Assembly: GCA_031553535.1 (NCBI GenBank)
Contig: JAVBLM010000049.1
Coordinates: forward strand, 11,998 to 75,997
Direction of reading: 5' to 3'
DNA length: 64,000 nt
Origin: Bacteroidales bacterium
GTDB lineage: Bacteria > Bacteroidota > Bacteroidia > Bacteroidales > WCHB1-69
The translations under genes were made by a program, and so were the position numbers. Below, in pieces: positions 28,359 to 38,843 of this stretch. The notes under the pieces are model-generated. The model saw only the letters and a program-made list of their open reading frames with translations. It was not told the origin of the DNA and did no database searches. Every line of letters begins with the position of its first letter. The stretch's first letter is position 1.

Positions 28359-29435
28359 ATGCTCGGAGAGAATAATGCTATACATATAATTGGTTTGATG
28401 TCCGGCACGTCTTTGGATGGATTGGATGTGGCATGTTGTGAATTTGCATTCTTGGATAGTAAATGGCATTACCATATATTAGCAGCTACCACATATCCCT
28501 ATTCAGCGCAATGGGAGAAGACACTCCAAACATTACCGGAACAGGATGCGTTAACATATGCCAGGACACATGTTGAATATGGGCATTTGATGGGATCTTT
28601 TGTGAAAAGATTTATAAAAGATTATAAGGTAAAAGCAGATTATATTTCTTCTCATGGACACACCATTTTTCATCAGCCTCATATAGGATTGACTTCTCAG
28701 ATCGGAGATGGAGCCGCATTGGCAGCTGTATCAGGATTGAGTGTTATTTGTGATTTCAGGTCTATGGATCTTGCATTGAAAGGGCAGGGAGCTCCATTGG
28801 TTCCTATCGGAGATCAGCTATTGTTTCCCGATTATCAATATTGTTTGAACATAGGAGGAATTGCCAATATCTCATTCAATGAAAATAATATTCGGAAGGC
28901 ATATGATATTGTTCCTGCGAATATGGCATTAAATTATTTTGCAGAACAGGAAGGGATGCATTTTGATAAAGACGGACTGTTGGCCGGAAGCGGAAAGGTT
29001 CAATCGGATTTATTTGAAGAATTAAATACTCTATCATTTTATACTGATTATAAATCGAAGTCTTTAGGAAGAGAATGGTTTGAATCTGTGTTTTTGCCTG
29101 TGATAGATAAGTATAACTATTTCAATATAGATGTTCTCTCAACCATAGTAGAACATATTGGATATCAAATTGGGCGGGCGATATATGGAAAACCGAATGG
29201 GAAAATGTTGCTAACAGGTGGCGGCGCAAAGAACACGTTTTTAATAGAAAGAATATCATCTTATCTGCCCCATATTCAGATTGTTGTTCCGGATGATTTG
29301 ATCGTGGATTATAAGGAAGCTTTGGTGTTTGCTTTTTTAGGTTGTTTGCGTATTAATAATCAGATTAATTGTTTACAAACAGTAACAGGAGCTACATGCG
29401 ATCATGTCGCAGGAGCTGTTTATTATAGATCATAA
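28359..29435 (+). CDS. anmK: Anhydro-N-acetylmuramic acid kinase
   Basis: 358 aa. N-terminal IIGLMSGTSLDGLDVA, plus ...IGGIANIS... and ...LLTGGGAKN motifs. Confidence 0.85.
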   Translation: MLGENNAIHIIGLMSGTSLDGLDVACCEFAFLDSKWHYHILAATTYPYSAQWEKTLQTLPEQDALTYARTHVEYGHLMGSFVKRFIKDYKVKADYISSHGHTIFHQPHIGLTSQIGDGAALAAVSGLSVICDFRSMDLALKGQGAPLVPIGDQLLFPDYQYCLNIGGIANISFNENNIRKAYDIVPANMALNYFAEQEGMHFDKDGLLAGSGKVQSDLFEELNTLSFYTDYKSKSLGREWFESVFLPVIDKYNYFNIDVLSTIVEHIGYQIGRAIYGKPNGKMLLTGGGAKNTFLIERISSYLPHIQIVVPDDLIVDYKEALVFAFLGCLRINNQINCLQTVTGATCDHVAGAVYYRS

Positions 29436-29440
29436 AAACT

Positions 29441-30442
29441 ATGAGAGGTAAGGTATCATTAAAGTCTATCAATACTTTTGGAATAAATGCTTATGCAAGG
29501 AAAATAATCAAAATACGCAGCGAGTATGATCTCGTAAAGTTTTTATCCTTGTCAAAGGGGAAAGAGATGTTTTATGTTTTGGGAGAAGGAAGTAATGTTT
29601 TGTTTACCCGGGATTATGATGGAGTTATTTTGAAGATGGAGACAAAAGGGATTGAAATCGTCTCAAAGATAGGAGAGCAAGTAACAATAAGAGCAAAGGC
29701 AGGGGAAGATTGGGATGGATTTGTGCGTTACTGTCTTAAACATAATTATTGCGGATTGGAGAATTTGGCATTGATTCCCGGCAGGGTAGGCAGTTGTCCT
29801 ATTCAAAATATAGGAGCATATGGGAAAGAAGTTAAAGATTATATTACAAAAGTATATGCAATTGATGTTTCGGATATGTCCTTACATGTGTTTGAGAATA
29901 ACGATTGTAAATTCGGATATCGCACAAGTATTTTTAAACAGGGGAAAAGGGGGCAATATATAATTACCGATGTTGAATTCCGGCTTATAAAAGGTGGCAT
30001 TCCTGATGTAACTTACAGTGACATCAAAAATGAATTGTCTGATGTTGTGAATATAAAAGCACAGGATGTGTATAATGTGGTTTCACGTATTAGATCAACA
30101 AAACTGCCTGATTGTAAAGTTTTGGGGAATGCAGGGAGTTTTTTCAAGAATCCGGTAGTGAGTATTTCTCATTTTGAAAGACTAAAGAAGAGATATGCTG
30201 ATTTGAAATCATACCCCGTTTCAGATAAGGAATGCAAGATGTCGGCGGCGCAGCTAATTCAAATAGCCGGATGGAAAGGGAAAAGAATAGGGGATGCCGG
30301 CGTTCATGTCAATCAGCCTTTAGTTTTGGTTAATTATGGGAATGCCTCAGGAAAAGATATTTTGAACTTGGCAAAGCAGATCCAAAATAGTGTTTTTGAT
30401 TTATTCAAGATAGAATTGGAAATAGAAGTTAATATTATATAA
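29441..30442 (+). CDS. murB: UDP-N-acetylenolpyruvoylglucosamine reductase
   Basis: 333 aa. NTFGI.A.A, VLGEGSNVLF, GLE.L..IPG.VG..PIQNIGAYG, and C-terminal AGW.G...G.AGVH. Confidence 0.85.
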   Translation: MRGKVSLKSINTFGINAYARKIIKIRSEYDLVKFLSLSKGKEMFYVLGEGSNVLFTRDYDGVILKMETKGIEIVSKIGEQVTIRAKAGEDWDGFVRYCLKHNYCGLENLALIPGRVGSCPIQNIGAYGKEVKDYITKVYAIDVSDMSLHVFENNDCKFGYRTSIFKQGKRGQYIITDVEFRLIKGGIPDVTYSDIKNELSDVVNIKAQDVYNVVSRIRSTKLPDCKVLGNAGSFFKNPVVSISHFERLKKRYADLKSYPVSDKECKMSAAQLIQIAGWKGKRIGDAGVHVNQPLVLVNYGNASGKDILNLAKQIQNSVFDLFKIELEIEVNII

Positions 30443-30452
30443 GAATAATGAT

Positions 30453-32108
30453 ATGGAAATAGTTTGTGTTAATAAAGGGAATTTTAAAAAGCAATATCCT
30501 CACGGTACCAGATTATCGGAGATTGCAAAGGATTTAGATATACAATTGGCATATCCTATTGTAGGAGCGAAGGTTAATAACAGAATTAAATCGCTGAATT
30601 ATAGAGTTTATGCGAATAAAGTCATTGATTTTTTTGATGCCAGTAATGTGTCCGGAGATGCAATGTATAATCGTTCGTTAAACTTTTTGTTATACAAGGC
30701 AGTTAAAGACCTTTATCCTAATGAAGATATTGTTATAAAACATTCCATATCAGGAGGAAGATATTGTGAGTTTGAGAATCCTGATTTTCAGGTTGACGAT
30801 CTTGTTGTTGCCGGTCTGGAGGAACGAATGAGGAAATTGGTAGAATTGGATCTTCCTTTTGTCCGTAAAACCATGTTGACACAGGAAGCAATAGACTTGT
30901 ATAACTCACAGAGAATGCACGATAAAGAACAATTACTAAAACAGCGGAATGTGTTTTATACTTCTGTATATTCTATAGAAGGCACAATTAATTATTTTTT
31001 TGGTTGCTTAGTGCCTTCAACAGGGTATTTGAAATATTTCGGTTTGGCTAGATATGAAACGGGAATATTATTAAGAACTCCGTCAAGGCATGTTCCTGAC
31101 AGGATGTCTCCGGTACGTAAATCTCCAAAGTTATTTAGTGTATTTAAAGAACATAAGGAGTGGAGTCAAATTATGGAAGTTCCTTATGTAGGGGATTTGG
31201 ATGATGTGGTAAAATCAGGAGGAGGCAAGAATTTGGTTTTGGTTTCGGAAGCTCTTCAGGAAAAGAAGATTGTTAAGATTGCAGATGAAGTTGCTGCCCG
31301 GGGAAATGTGAAGATGGTTCTTATTAGCGGACCCTCTTCATCGGGAAAAACAACGACATGCCGCCGCGTAGCTGTTCAACTTGAAGTTTTGGGTTATCAT
31401 GCCGTGCAAATATCGGCGGATAATTATTTTGTAGAAAGGGATCTGACTCCTAAAGATGAGAATGGGAATTTTGACTTTGAACATATCGAAGCACTTGATC
31501 TGGAACTACTGAATCAACAATTAACAGATTTACTTGCAGGAAAAGAAATAAAAACACCTACATTTGATTTTCAGCAAGGGAAGAAAATATGGACGGGCTC
31601 TACGCTGAAACTAAAAAAGAATTCGATTATTCTCATGGAAGGAATTCATTGTTTAAATCCGACCTTAACCAAGAGTATAGACAGTTCCCTTACGTATAAA
31701 ATATTTGTTTCGGCATTAACTTCATTAGCTATGGATAAGCATAACCCTATTCATTCTAATGATAATCGATTAATACGTCGGATTGTACGGGATAATAACT
31801 TTAGGGGTTATTCGGCAACGGAATCTTTACGTCGATGGGCGAGTGTGCGGAAAGGAGAGGAAAAATGGATTTTTCCATACCAGGAGAATGCAGATATTAT
31901 GTTTAATTCTGCGATGCTTTGTGAATTAAGTTTGTTTAAAAAACATGCTGTTCCTTTGCTTGAACAAGTGCCCGAAAATATAGATGAACGAACGGAGGCA
32001 ATGCGTTTGATAAAACTGTTTAGCTATTTTATGGAAATATCTGAAAAAGATGTACCTCATTTTTCCATATTGCGTGAATTTTTTGGCGGCAGTGTTTTTG
32101 AATATTAA
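30453..32108 (+). CDS. Uridine kinase/PRK-family nucleoside kinase with N-terminal ThrRS/TGS-like domains
   Basis: 551 aa. P-loop ISGPSSSGKTTT, then ISADNYF...FD.PEALD and an NPRL-type tail (RLIRRIVRD..FRG). Confidence 0.55.
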   Translation: MEIVCVNKGNFKKQYPHGTRLSEIAKDLDIQLAYPIVGAKVNNRIKSLNYRVYANKVIDFFDASNVSGDAMYNRSLNFLLYKAVKDLYPNEDIVIKHSISGGRYCEFENPDFQVDDLVVAGLEERMRKLVELDLPFVRKTMLTQEAIDLYNSQRMHDKEQLLKQRNVFYTSVYSIEGTINYFFGCLVPSTGYLKYFGLARYETGILLRTPSRHVPDRMSPVRKSPKLFSVFKEHKEWSQIMEVPYVGDLDDVVKSGGGKNLVLVSEALQEKKIVKIADEVAARGNVKMVLISGPSSSGKTTTCRRVAVQLEVLGYHAVQISADNYFVERDLTPKDENGNFDFEHIEALDLELLNQQLTDLLAGKEIKTPTFDFQQGKKIWTGSTLKLKKNSIILMEGIHCLNPTLTKSIDSSLTYKIFVSALTSLAMDKHNPIHSNDNRLIRRIVRDNNFRGYSATESLRRWASVRKGEEKWIFPYQENADIMFNSAMLCELSLFKKHAVPLLEQVPENIDERTEAMRLIKLFSYFMEISEKDVPHFSILREFFGGSVFEY

Positions 32109-32159
32109 TAGAAGTTACGCAAAGCAGAAAATAGTGATAAATGATTAATCATGAAAACC

Positions 32160-32215
32160 AACACCGTCATCGCGAGAAGGAACGGCGAAGCGATCCGCAA
32201 GAAAACAATAAGCGA
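32160..32215 (+). repeat. Fragment of mosaic repeat (gtcatcgcgag...gaacggcgaagcgatccgc module)
   Basis: Resembles the gtcattgcgaggaacgaagc modules at 35037 and 46660-46720. Lies immediately upstream of 42 bp array A. Confidence 0.6.
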
Positions 32216-32260
32216 CAATAGGAATATCATTATTTCGACCATATCAAAATAGTAGGGTAC

Positions 32261-32400
32261 TTTCGGGTCTTCCCGAAATCTCCAAATGAAAGTTTAAAAC
32301 GTTTTCGGGTCTTCCCGAAATGTCCAAATGAAAGTTTAAACTGTTTTCGGGTTTTCCCGAAATGTCCAAATGAAAGGATAAACTGTTTTTAGGAACTGCC
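32261..32400 (+). repeat. 42 bp tandem array A (3 units plus degenerate end), unit tttcgggtcttcccgaaatgtccaaatgaaagtttaaactgt
   Basis: Unit starts at 32261, 32303 and 32345. Each unit begins with the hairpin tttcggg-tctt-cccgaaa. Confidence 0.9.
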
Positions 32401-32617
32401 GGATGGATAAAAATCTTCAAAAAGGTTTTTCCTTGTAAGTAATGATATTTTTAGCAGGTCGTTTACCTATGGAGAATTAGTGTTTTTCAAATCAAACGAC
32501 ATGTGTATTTTGAATATTAATTTTTTATAAAAACGCAAAAAGGATAGATGAAATACATATATAAAACCACGATGCTGGTCATGGTTAATATTCGATAATA
32601 GATAATGTTTTTTTTTG

Positions 32618-32625
32618 TACATTTG
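32618..32625 (+). promoter_or_regulatory. Candidate -7 promoter box (TAnnTTTG) for the polyene cluster
   Basis: tacatttg followed by cag, 34 nt upstream of the start at 32659. Confidence 0.4.
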
Positions 32626-32658
32626 CAGTTCAACTAGAAATAAGCAAAATTTATCATT

Positions 32659-34185
32659 GTGATTAATTTAGAGGAATTTAAAGCAATCGTTTTTTTTGGG
32701 AAAACGTTAAAATTAACAAAAGAAGACCAAAAGCAGGTTGAAGATAGCTATCATTTTTTGTTATCATTTGCTCAGAAGAAGGTCATTTATGGGATAAATA
32801 CCGGATTTGGTCCGATGGCACAATATAAGGTTTCGGATGAAGATATTCAAAATTTACAGTATAATATAATCCGTTCCCATTCAAGCGGGGCAGGGAAGCC
32901 GTTGGAAGAAATATATGTAAAAGCGGCTATGCTTTCAAGATATAGAACGTTTCTGTCCGGAAAATCGGGAGTACATATCGATACCCTTCTGCTGCTTAAG
33001 GAATTTATTAACAGGGGAATTTATCCCTACATTCCGGAGCATGGGAGTGTTGGTGCCAGTGGGGATTTGGTTCAATTATCACATCTTGCTTTAACGTTGA
33101 TCGGTGAAGGGGAAGTATTTTATAAAAATGATAAAAGAAGTACTGCTGATGTTTTGAAAGAGCAAAACCTGAATCCCTTAAGTATGTATTTGCGGGAAGG
33201 ATTGGCATTGGCCAATGGAACTTCTTTCATGACAGGGATAGGTTTGGTTAATCTCGTTTATTCGCAAAAGTTATTACAATGGGCGCTTATTGTTTCTACA
33301 TTAATGAATGAAATAGCATCTTCATATGATGATTTTATGTCTGAGCAACTCAGTGATGTAAAATTACACGACGGACAGCGGAAAGTGGCAGCCCTGATGC
33401 GTAAAATAGCTCAGGGAAGCAAATGTATGAAAAACAGGCAGAAAGAACTTTATGATAAAGAAACGAAAGATACGGTTTTACAGCATAAAGTACAGCCTTA
33501 TTATTCTCTTCGTTGTGTTCCGCAAATTTTAGGTCCTATATATGACGAGTTAATGAATGCCGAGAGCGTATTGATTAATGAGCTTAACTCTGTAGATGAT
33601 AATCCTATCGTAGATATGGACACTAAATCGGTATACCATGGAGGTAATTTCCATGGAGATTATGTCTCGTATGAGATGGATAAACTTAAGATAGGAATTA
33701 CCAAGCTGACTATGTTGATGGAACGTCAACTTAATTATCTGCTTCACGATAAAATAAATGGGATTTTGCCGCCATTTCTTAACTTTGGTAATTTGGGGTT
33801 GAATTACGGTTTACAAGGAACCCAATTTACTGCAACTTCCACAACGGCAGAATGCCAGACATTATCTAATCCCATGTGTGTACATAGTATTCCGAATAAT
33901 AACGATAATCAGGATATTGTGAGCATGGGAACAAATGCCGCATTAATAGCGAAGCATATTATAGAAAATTCGTTTCAGGTAATGGCTATCCATGCTATTG
34001 CATTGGCTCAGGCTGTAGATTACCTGAAAATACAAGATAATTTATCTCCTGCAACAAAGGAATTCTATATTCAAATACGGGAAATTATTCCTCTTTTTAT
34101 TCAAGATGAGCCTAAATATAAGAAAATAGATCAAATAGTGTCTTATCTGAAGAATGGTAACCCCATGATAGAACTTAAATCTTAA
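32659..34185 (+). CDS. Aromatic amino acid ammonia-lyase (HAL/PAL/TAL family, MIO cofactor)
   Basis: 508 aa, GTG start. YGINTGFG and SVGASGDLVQLSH (Ala-Ser-Gly MIO triad). First gene of an aryl-polyene/flexirubin-like cluster, hence probably a tyrosine ammonia-lyase. Confidence 0.8.
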   Translation: MINLEEFKAIVFFGKTLKLTKEDQKQVEDSYHFLLSFAQKKVIYGINTGFGPMAQYKVSDEDIQNLQYNIIRSHSSGAGKPLEEIYVKAAMLSRYRTFLSGKSGVHIDTLLLLKEFINRGIYPYIPEHGSVGASGDLVQLSHLALTLIGEGEVFYKNDKRSTADVLKEQNLNPLSMYLREGLALANGTSFMTGIGLVNLVYSQKLLQWALIVSTLMNEIASSYDDFMSEQLSDVKLHDGQRKVAALMRKIAQGSKCMKNRQKELYDKETKDTVLQHKVQPYYSLRCVPQILGPIYDELMNAESVLINELNSVDDNPIVDMDTKSVYHGGNFHGDYVSYEMDKLKIGITKLTMLMERQLNYLLHDKINGILPPFLNFGNLGLNYGLQGTQFTATSTTAECQTLSNPMCVHSIPNNNDNQDIVSMGTNAALIAKHIIENSFQVMAIHAIALAQAVDYLKIQDNLSPATKEFYIQIREIIPLFIQDEPKYKKIDQIVSYLKNGNPMIELKS

Positions 34186-34192
34186 ATAGATT

Positions 34193-34921
34193 ATGAAATA
34201 TGCATTGGTAACAGGAGGATCCCGGGGAATAGGTCGAGCGATATGTTTGGAATTATCCAAATCAGGATATGGTATTTTGGTAAATTATGTATCGAATCAA
34301 AATGCTGCCGAAGAAACGAAGAAAGCGATAGAAAGTCAGGGTGGAATAGCCGAATTAATGCCTTTTGATGTTGCTGATAAGAATGCCGTTGATACAACAT
34401 TAATTGCATGGATGGATGCACATCCGGATGATTTTATAGCTATATTAGTTAATAATGCAGGCATACGGCAGGATTCATTAATGATCTTTATGCAAGACGA
34501 ACAGTGGGATAATGTGATGAAAATCAATTTGGACAGTTTTTTTTATGTTACCCGAAGAGTATTGAAAGATATGTTATCCAAACGTTTTGGTAGGATTATA
34601 AATATTGTATCGTTATCCGGATTAAAAGGTTTACCGGGACAAACGAATTATTCGGCGGCGAAAGCAGGTGTGATTGGTGCAACAAAAGCATTAGCACAGG
34701 AAGTCGCCCCCCGTAAAGTGACGGTTAATGCAGTTGCTCCCGGATTTATAGATACGGATATGACAAAAGATATGGATGAGTTTTCATTGAAAACAATGAT
34801 TCCTTTGGGAAGATTCGGGAAAGCAGAGGAGGTTGCTTCATTGGTAGGCTTTTTATCTTCCGAACAAGCCGGTTATATTACCGGAGAAGTGATCTCTATT
34901 AATGGAGGACTATATACATAA
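34193..34921 (+). CDS. fabG: 3-oxoacyl-ACP reductase (SDR)
   Basis: 242 aa. TGGSRGIG, NNAG, and the catalytic YSAAK motif. Confidence 0.85.
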   Translation: MKYALVTGGSRGIGRAICLELSKSGYGILVNYVSNQNAAEETKKAIESQGGIAELMPFDVADKNAVDTTLIAWMDAHPDDFIAILVNNAGIRQDSLMIFMQDEQWDNVMKINLDSFFYVTRRVLKDMLSKRFGRIINIVSLSGLKGLPGQTNYSAAKAGVIGATKALAQEVAPRKVTVNAVAPGFIDTDMTKDMDEFSLKTMIPLGRFGKAEEVASLVGFLSSEQAGYITGEVISINGGLYT

Positions 34922-35036
34922 TTAAGAATTAAAAATTAATAATTAAGGATTCTGCTAAAATCTATGAGATTAGTAGGAAAATAAGTTTAGTTAATAGTAA
35001 AAAGTGAAAAGTAAAGTTGCATTGAACAAATAAAAT

Positions 35037-35150
35037 AGCGTCATTGCGAGGAACGAAGCGCTTGAGCCACGAAGTGTAGCGAAAGCATCGAAACGCAGTG
35101 AGATAACCGAGCTTGCGAGCTCAACGGAGTTAATCTCTGTCATTTGCAGA
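35037..35150 (-). repeat. Mosaic intergenic repeat copy (inverted relative to 975 and 24021)
   Basis: gcgtcattgcgaggaacgaagcg...gcatcgaaacgcagtgagataaccgagcttgcgagctcaacggagttaatctctgtcatttgcaga. Inserted between fabG and the KS gene of the cluster. Confidence 0.85.
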
Positions 35151-35243
35151 CATGGGATAATCCAGAGAAATTATTTATTAGAAACTGAATTGAGTAACTG
35201 AGTAAACAAAAAACATTCGGATTAGGAAATTGAAATATAATCT

Positions 35244-36467
35244 ATGAAAAGAGTTGTTATTACAGGTATGGGAATTTATTCTTGTATCGGGAAAGAATTG
35301 GGCGAAGTATGCAGGTCTCTTTATGAAGGGAAATCAGGTATAGGAATAGATCCTTTAAGGGCAGACTATGGTTATCGTTCCCCGTTAACAGGTATTGTGG
35401 AACGTCCGCAGTTAAAGGGTTTTTTAGATAGACGTGCCAGGGCATGCATGGCAGAAGAAGCCGAATATGCTTATGTCGCAACATTGGAAGCCTTGAAAAA
35501 TGCCCGGATTGATGATGATTATTTGGAAAACAATGAAGTTGGTATTTTCTTTGGCAATGATTCTTCCGCAAAGGCGGTGATAGAATCCCATACAATTGCC
35601 ATGGAGAAGAAAGATACTACATTGATAGGTTCCGGTGCAATATTTCAGTCGATGAACTCTACCGTAACCATGAATTTATCAACCATTTTCAAGATTAAAG
35701 GGATTAATCTGACTATAAGTGCAGCCTGTGCAAGCGGTTCCCATGCTATAGGAATGGGGTATACATTTATTCGCCATGGTATGCAGGATGTTGTATTATG
35801 TGGAGGTGCCCAGGAAACAAATTTTTATTCTATGGGTAGCTTTGATGGGTTGAGCGTGTTTTCTCTCCGGTTGGATGATCCTACAAAAGCTTCCCGCCCA
35901 TTCGATGCAAGCCGGGACGGTTTGGTGCCCAGTGGAGGCGCTGCCTGTTTAGTACTGGAAGAGTACGAACATGCAAAAAAACGAGGGGCTACGATTTTGG
36001 CAGAAGTAATTGGGTATGGCTTTTCCTCTAATGGCGGAGCGGCTATTTCGCAGCCTAATGAGACAGGATCGTATATTGCAATGAAAAGGGCATTGAAAGA
36101 TGCTCATATTCAAAGCAAAGATATTGATTATATCAATGCCCATGCAACTTCAACACCTCAGGGAGATGCTGTGGAGGCGATAGCAATAGATAAGTTGTTT
36201 TCAGGGACAAAGCCTTTGGTTAGCTCTACCAAATCAATGACAGGACATGAATGCTGGATGGCAGGAGCTAGTGAGATTGTTTATTCCATATTGATGATGC
36301 AGAATTCCTTTGTGGCTCCTAATATCAATTTTGAACATCCGGATGAATATTCTCAAAAACTGAATATCGCAACAGAAACAATAAATAAAAATATAGATGT
36401 CTTTTTGTCAAATTCTTTTGGATTTGGAGGAACAAACAGTGCATTAGTGATTCGAAAAATTAAATAA
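35244..36467 (+). CDS. Beta-ketoacyl-ACP synthase (KAS I/II type)
   Basis: 407 aa. Cys-His-His triad contexts SAACASGSHAIG, NAHATSTPQGD and MTGHECWMAG. C-terminal SNSFGFGGTN. Confidence 0.85.
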   Translation: MKRVVITGMGIYSCIGKELGEVCRSLYEGKSGIGIDPLRADYGYRSPLTGIVERPQLKGFLDRRARACMAEEAEYAYVATLEALKNARIDDDYLENNEVGIFFGNDSSAKAVIESHTIAMEKKDTTLIGSGAIFQSMNSTVTMNLSTIFKIKGINLTISAACASGSHAIGMGYTFIRHGMQDVVLCGGAQETNFYSMGSFDGLSVFSLRLDDPTKASRPFDASRDGLVPSGGAACLVLEEYEHAKKRGATILAEVIGYGFSSNGGAAISQPNETGSYIAMKRALKDAHIQSKDIDYINAHATSTPQGDAVEAIAIDKLFSGTKPLVSSTKSMTGHECWMAGASEIVYSILMMQNSFVAPNINFEHPDEYSQKLNIATETINKNIDVFLSNSFGFGGTNSALVIRKIK

Positions 36468-36472
36468 TTACC

Positions 36473-36721
36473 ATGACTAGAGAAGAAGTAGTAAAAACAG
36501 TAAATACCTTTTTAATAGAAGAAATAGAAGTAGAAGAAGATCTTTTGAAGGAAGATGCCTTGTTAAAAGAAGATCTTGGAATAGATAGTCTTGATTTTGT
36601 CGACATTGTCGTGATAGTGGAACGCTACTTCGGATTTAAGATTAAGCCGGAAGAGATGTCCGATGTGCGAACATTAGCTCAATTCTATGATTATATAGCA
36701 GATAAAGTAAAAGATAAATAA
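36473..36721 (+). CDS. Acyl carrier protein
   Basis: 82 aa with the phosphopantetheine site LGIDSLDFVD. Confidence 0.8.
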   Translation: MTREEVVKTVNTFLIEEIEVEEDLLKEDALLKEDLGIDSLDFVDIVVIVERYFGFKIKPEEMSDVRTLAQFYDYIADKVKDK

Positions 36722-36723
36722 GA

Positions 36724-37617
36724 ATGGAGCAATCCCGCGAATGGAAAGGGAAAACAGGAGGGGGCAAATTCGGGCAAAAGAGTTTGTTCTTTATGCTCCG
36801 TCTCGTGAATGTTTCTCTTTTCTATCCGATATTATTTGCAATAGTTCCATTTTATATGCTTTTTGGGCGGAAGGGCTATAAAGCAATTATGCGATATTTT
36901 AAGCAGTGCTATGATCTTCCGGGATGGAAGGCCTTTTGTCAAACTTTTCGCAATCATTTGGTATTTGCTCAAGTGGTATTAGATAAGTTTTCTGTAGTGG
37001 CAGGAAATAAAGATCATTATACTATTGATATTACAGGGAAGGCGTATTTTGATGAATTGATGTCTAGGGATACCGGCTTTATTGTAGCGAGTTCGCATAT
37101 CGGGAATTTCGAGATGGGGGGGTATATCTTTCAACAGAATAATAGGCAATTGAATGCACTTATCTATGGGGGAGAAGCTGAAGAAATGCTTCACAATAGA
37201 GTTCATGCTCTGAAAGAGGTAAATATTAATGCCATTTCGGTTAAGGAAGATATGTCTCATTTATTTACAATAAAGCAGGCATTGGAAAATGGTGAAATAT
37301 TGACAATTCCTTGCGATCGGGTTTATGGAAGTCCTAAAAAAGTAAAATGTGAATTCTTAGGACAAGAAGCTTATTTTCCGTTGGGTCCTTTTCGCTTGGC
37401 GGTACAAATGAATGTTCCTGTGGTTGCTCTCTTCATGATGAAAGACAATAGTAAGAAATACCATGCATATATTCTTCCTGTTGAAGCAGACGCTATAGAC
37501 CCCAATCTTGCTAAAAGAGCAGAATTATTGGCTTGTGAATTTGTCAGAAACTGTGAACAAATACTCCGGAAATATCCTCGTCAATGGTTTAATTTCTATG
37601 ATTTTTGGAAAGTATAA
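36724..37617 (+). CDS. LPLAT/LpxL-like lysophospholipid acyltransferase (ApeD-like)
   Basis: 297 aa. N-terminal TM segment and the HX4(D/E) motif SSHIGNFEMGG. Typical position in aryl-polyene clusters. Confidence 0.55.
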   Translation: MEQSREWKGKTGGGKFGQKSLFFMLRLVNVSLFYPILFAIVPFYMLFGRKGYKAIMRYFKQCYDLPGWKAFCQTFRNHLVFAQVVLDKFSVVAGNKDHYTIDITGKAYFDELMSRDTGFIVASSHIGNFEMGGYIFQQNNRQLNALIYGGEAEEMLHNRVHALKEVNINAISVKEDMSHLFTIKQALENGEILTIPCDRVYGSPKKVKCEFLGQEAYFPLGPFRLAVQMNVPVVALFMMKDNSKKYHAYILPVEADAIDPNLAKRAELLACEFVRNCEQILRKYPRQWFNFYDFWKV

Positions 37618-37721
37618 ATTAAAAACGCAACAAGCAACAAGGATAAAGCCGATAAAATAGATAAAGTCAATAAAAGGATAAAATGCAGAAATTAATCATT
37701 AACAACTAACAATTAACAACT

Positions 37722-38810
37722 ATGAAACTTCCGTCCCCTCAAAAAGAGATATACAGCAAAGAACGGATGACTGCTTTGCAAGCACAACGTTTTGCTCAGG
37801 AAATAGCTTTTGGCCCCATTGTATTCCAGGTGTCACGCTTAATGGTGAAATTTGGGATATTCAAATTATTGGATGATCAAAAGGAAGGATTGACAATGAA
37901 TGAAATTGTCGAAAAGACAAAACTATCCCGTTATGCGGTACAGGTTTTATTGGAATCGTCATTAACTATCGGAACGATTCTATTGAAAGAAGATAAGTTT
38001 ATTTTATCCAAAGCTGGTTGGTTTTTAATTCATGACGAAATGGTTCAGGTGAATATGGCTTTTAATCATGATGTTAATTATTTGGGAACGTTTGATTTGG
38101 AAGGTTCTTTGCTACATGGGAAGCCAGAAGGGTTAAAAGTCTTCGGGGATTGGCCCACTATTTATGAAGGCTTGTCTCAATTACCGGAGCAGGTACAAAA
38201 GAGTTGGTTCGGTTTTGACCACTTTTATTCGGACAATTCCTTTAAGCAGGCATTGGAAATTGTATTCGCAGATAATCCGAAGACTTTATTGGATGTAGGC
38301 GGTAATACCGGAAGATGGGCTACGCAATGCGTAAGTTATTCCGATACGGTAAACGTAACAATCATGGATCTGCCCCAACAGTTGGAAATGATGAAACAAC
38401 AGACAAAGGGCCTAAAAGGTGCGGATCGTATTGATGGATATCCTGCAAATGTATTAGATAAAGCCACCGCTTTTCCTGAAGAGTTTGATGTTATATGGAT
38501 GAGTCAGTTTTTAGATTGTTTTTCGGAAAAAGAGGTAACCGGCATTCTTACACGTGCGGCTGCTTCTATGAATTCCGGAAGCAGATTATTCATTATGGAG
38601 ACATTTTGGGACAGGCAGCGTTTCGAGACGGCATCCTATTGTCTGGCTCAGATCAGCCTGTATTTTACCGCTATGGCGAACGGTAACAGTAAGATGTATC
38701 ATTCCCAAGATATGGAGCGTTGTGTAAATGAATCCGGACTGTTTATACAAACTATTCATGATGGATTGGGGTTAGGGCACAGCATAATGGAATGCAGAAT
38801 TAGTTGTTAG
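37722..38810 (+). CDS. Class I SAM-dependent (O-)methyltransferase with N-terminal wHTH/dimerisation-like domain
   Basis: 362 aa with SAM motif I LLDVGGNTGRWA, then ...IMDLP.... Confidence 0.6.
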   Translation: MKLPSPQKEIYSKERMTALQAQRFAQEIAFGPIVFQVSRLMVKFGIFKLLDDQKEGLTMNEIVEKTKLSRYAVQVLLESSLTIGTILLKEDKFILSKAGWFLIHDEMVQVNMAFNHDVNYLGTFDLEGSLLHGKPEGLKVFGDWPTIYEGLSQLPEQVQKSWFGFDHFYSDNSFKQALEIVFADNPKTLLDVGGNTGRWATQCVSYSDTVNVTIMDLPQQLEMMKQQTKGLKGADRIDGYPANVLDKATAFPEEFDVIWMSQFLDCFSEKEVTGILTRAAASMNSGSRLFIMETFWDRQRFETASYCLAQISLYFTAMANGNSKMYHSQDMERCVNESGLFIQTIHDGLGLGHSIMECRISC

Positions 38811-38843
38811 TGATTAGCTGTTAGTGATTAATTAGTTATAAAG

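Noticed and set aside
32261-32400. Whether the 42 bp arrays (also 45971-46240 and 62231-62517) are CRISPR arrays
   Set aside because: Units abut head to tail. The 24 nt part between hairpins is conserved within each array rather than being unique spacers. No cas genes are in the window.
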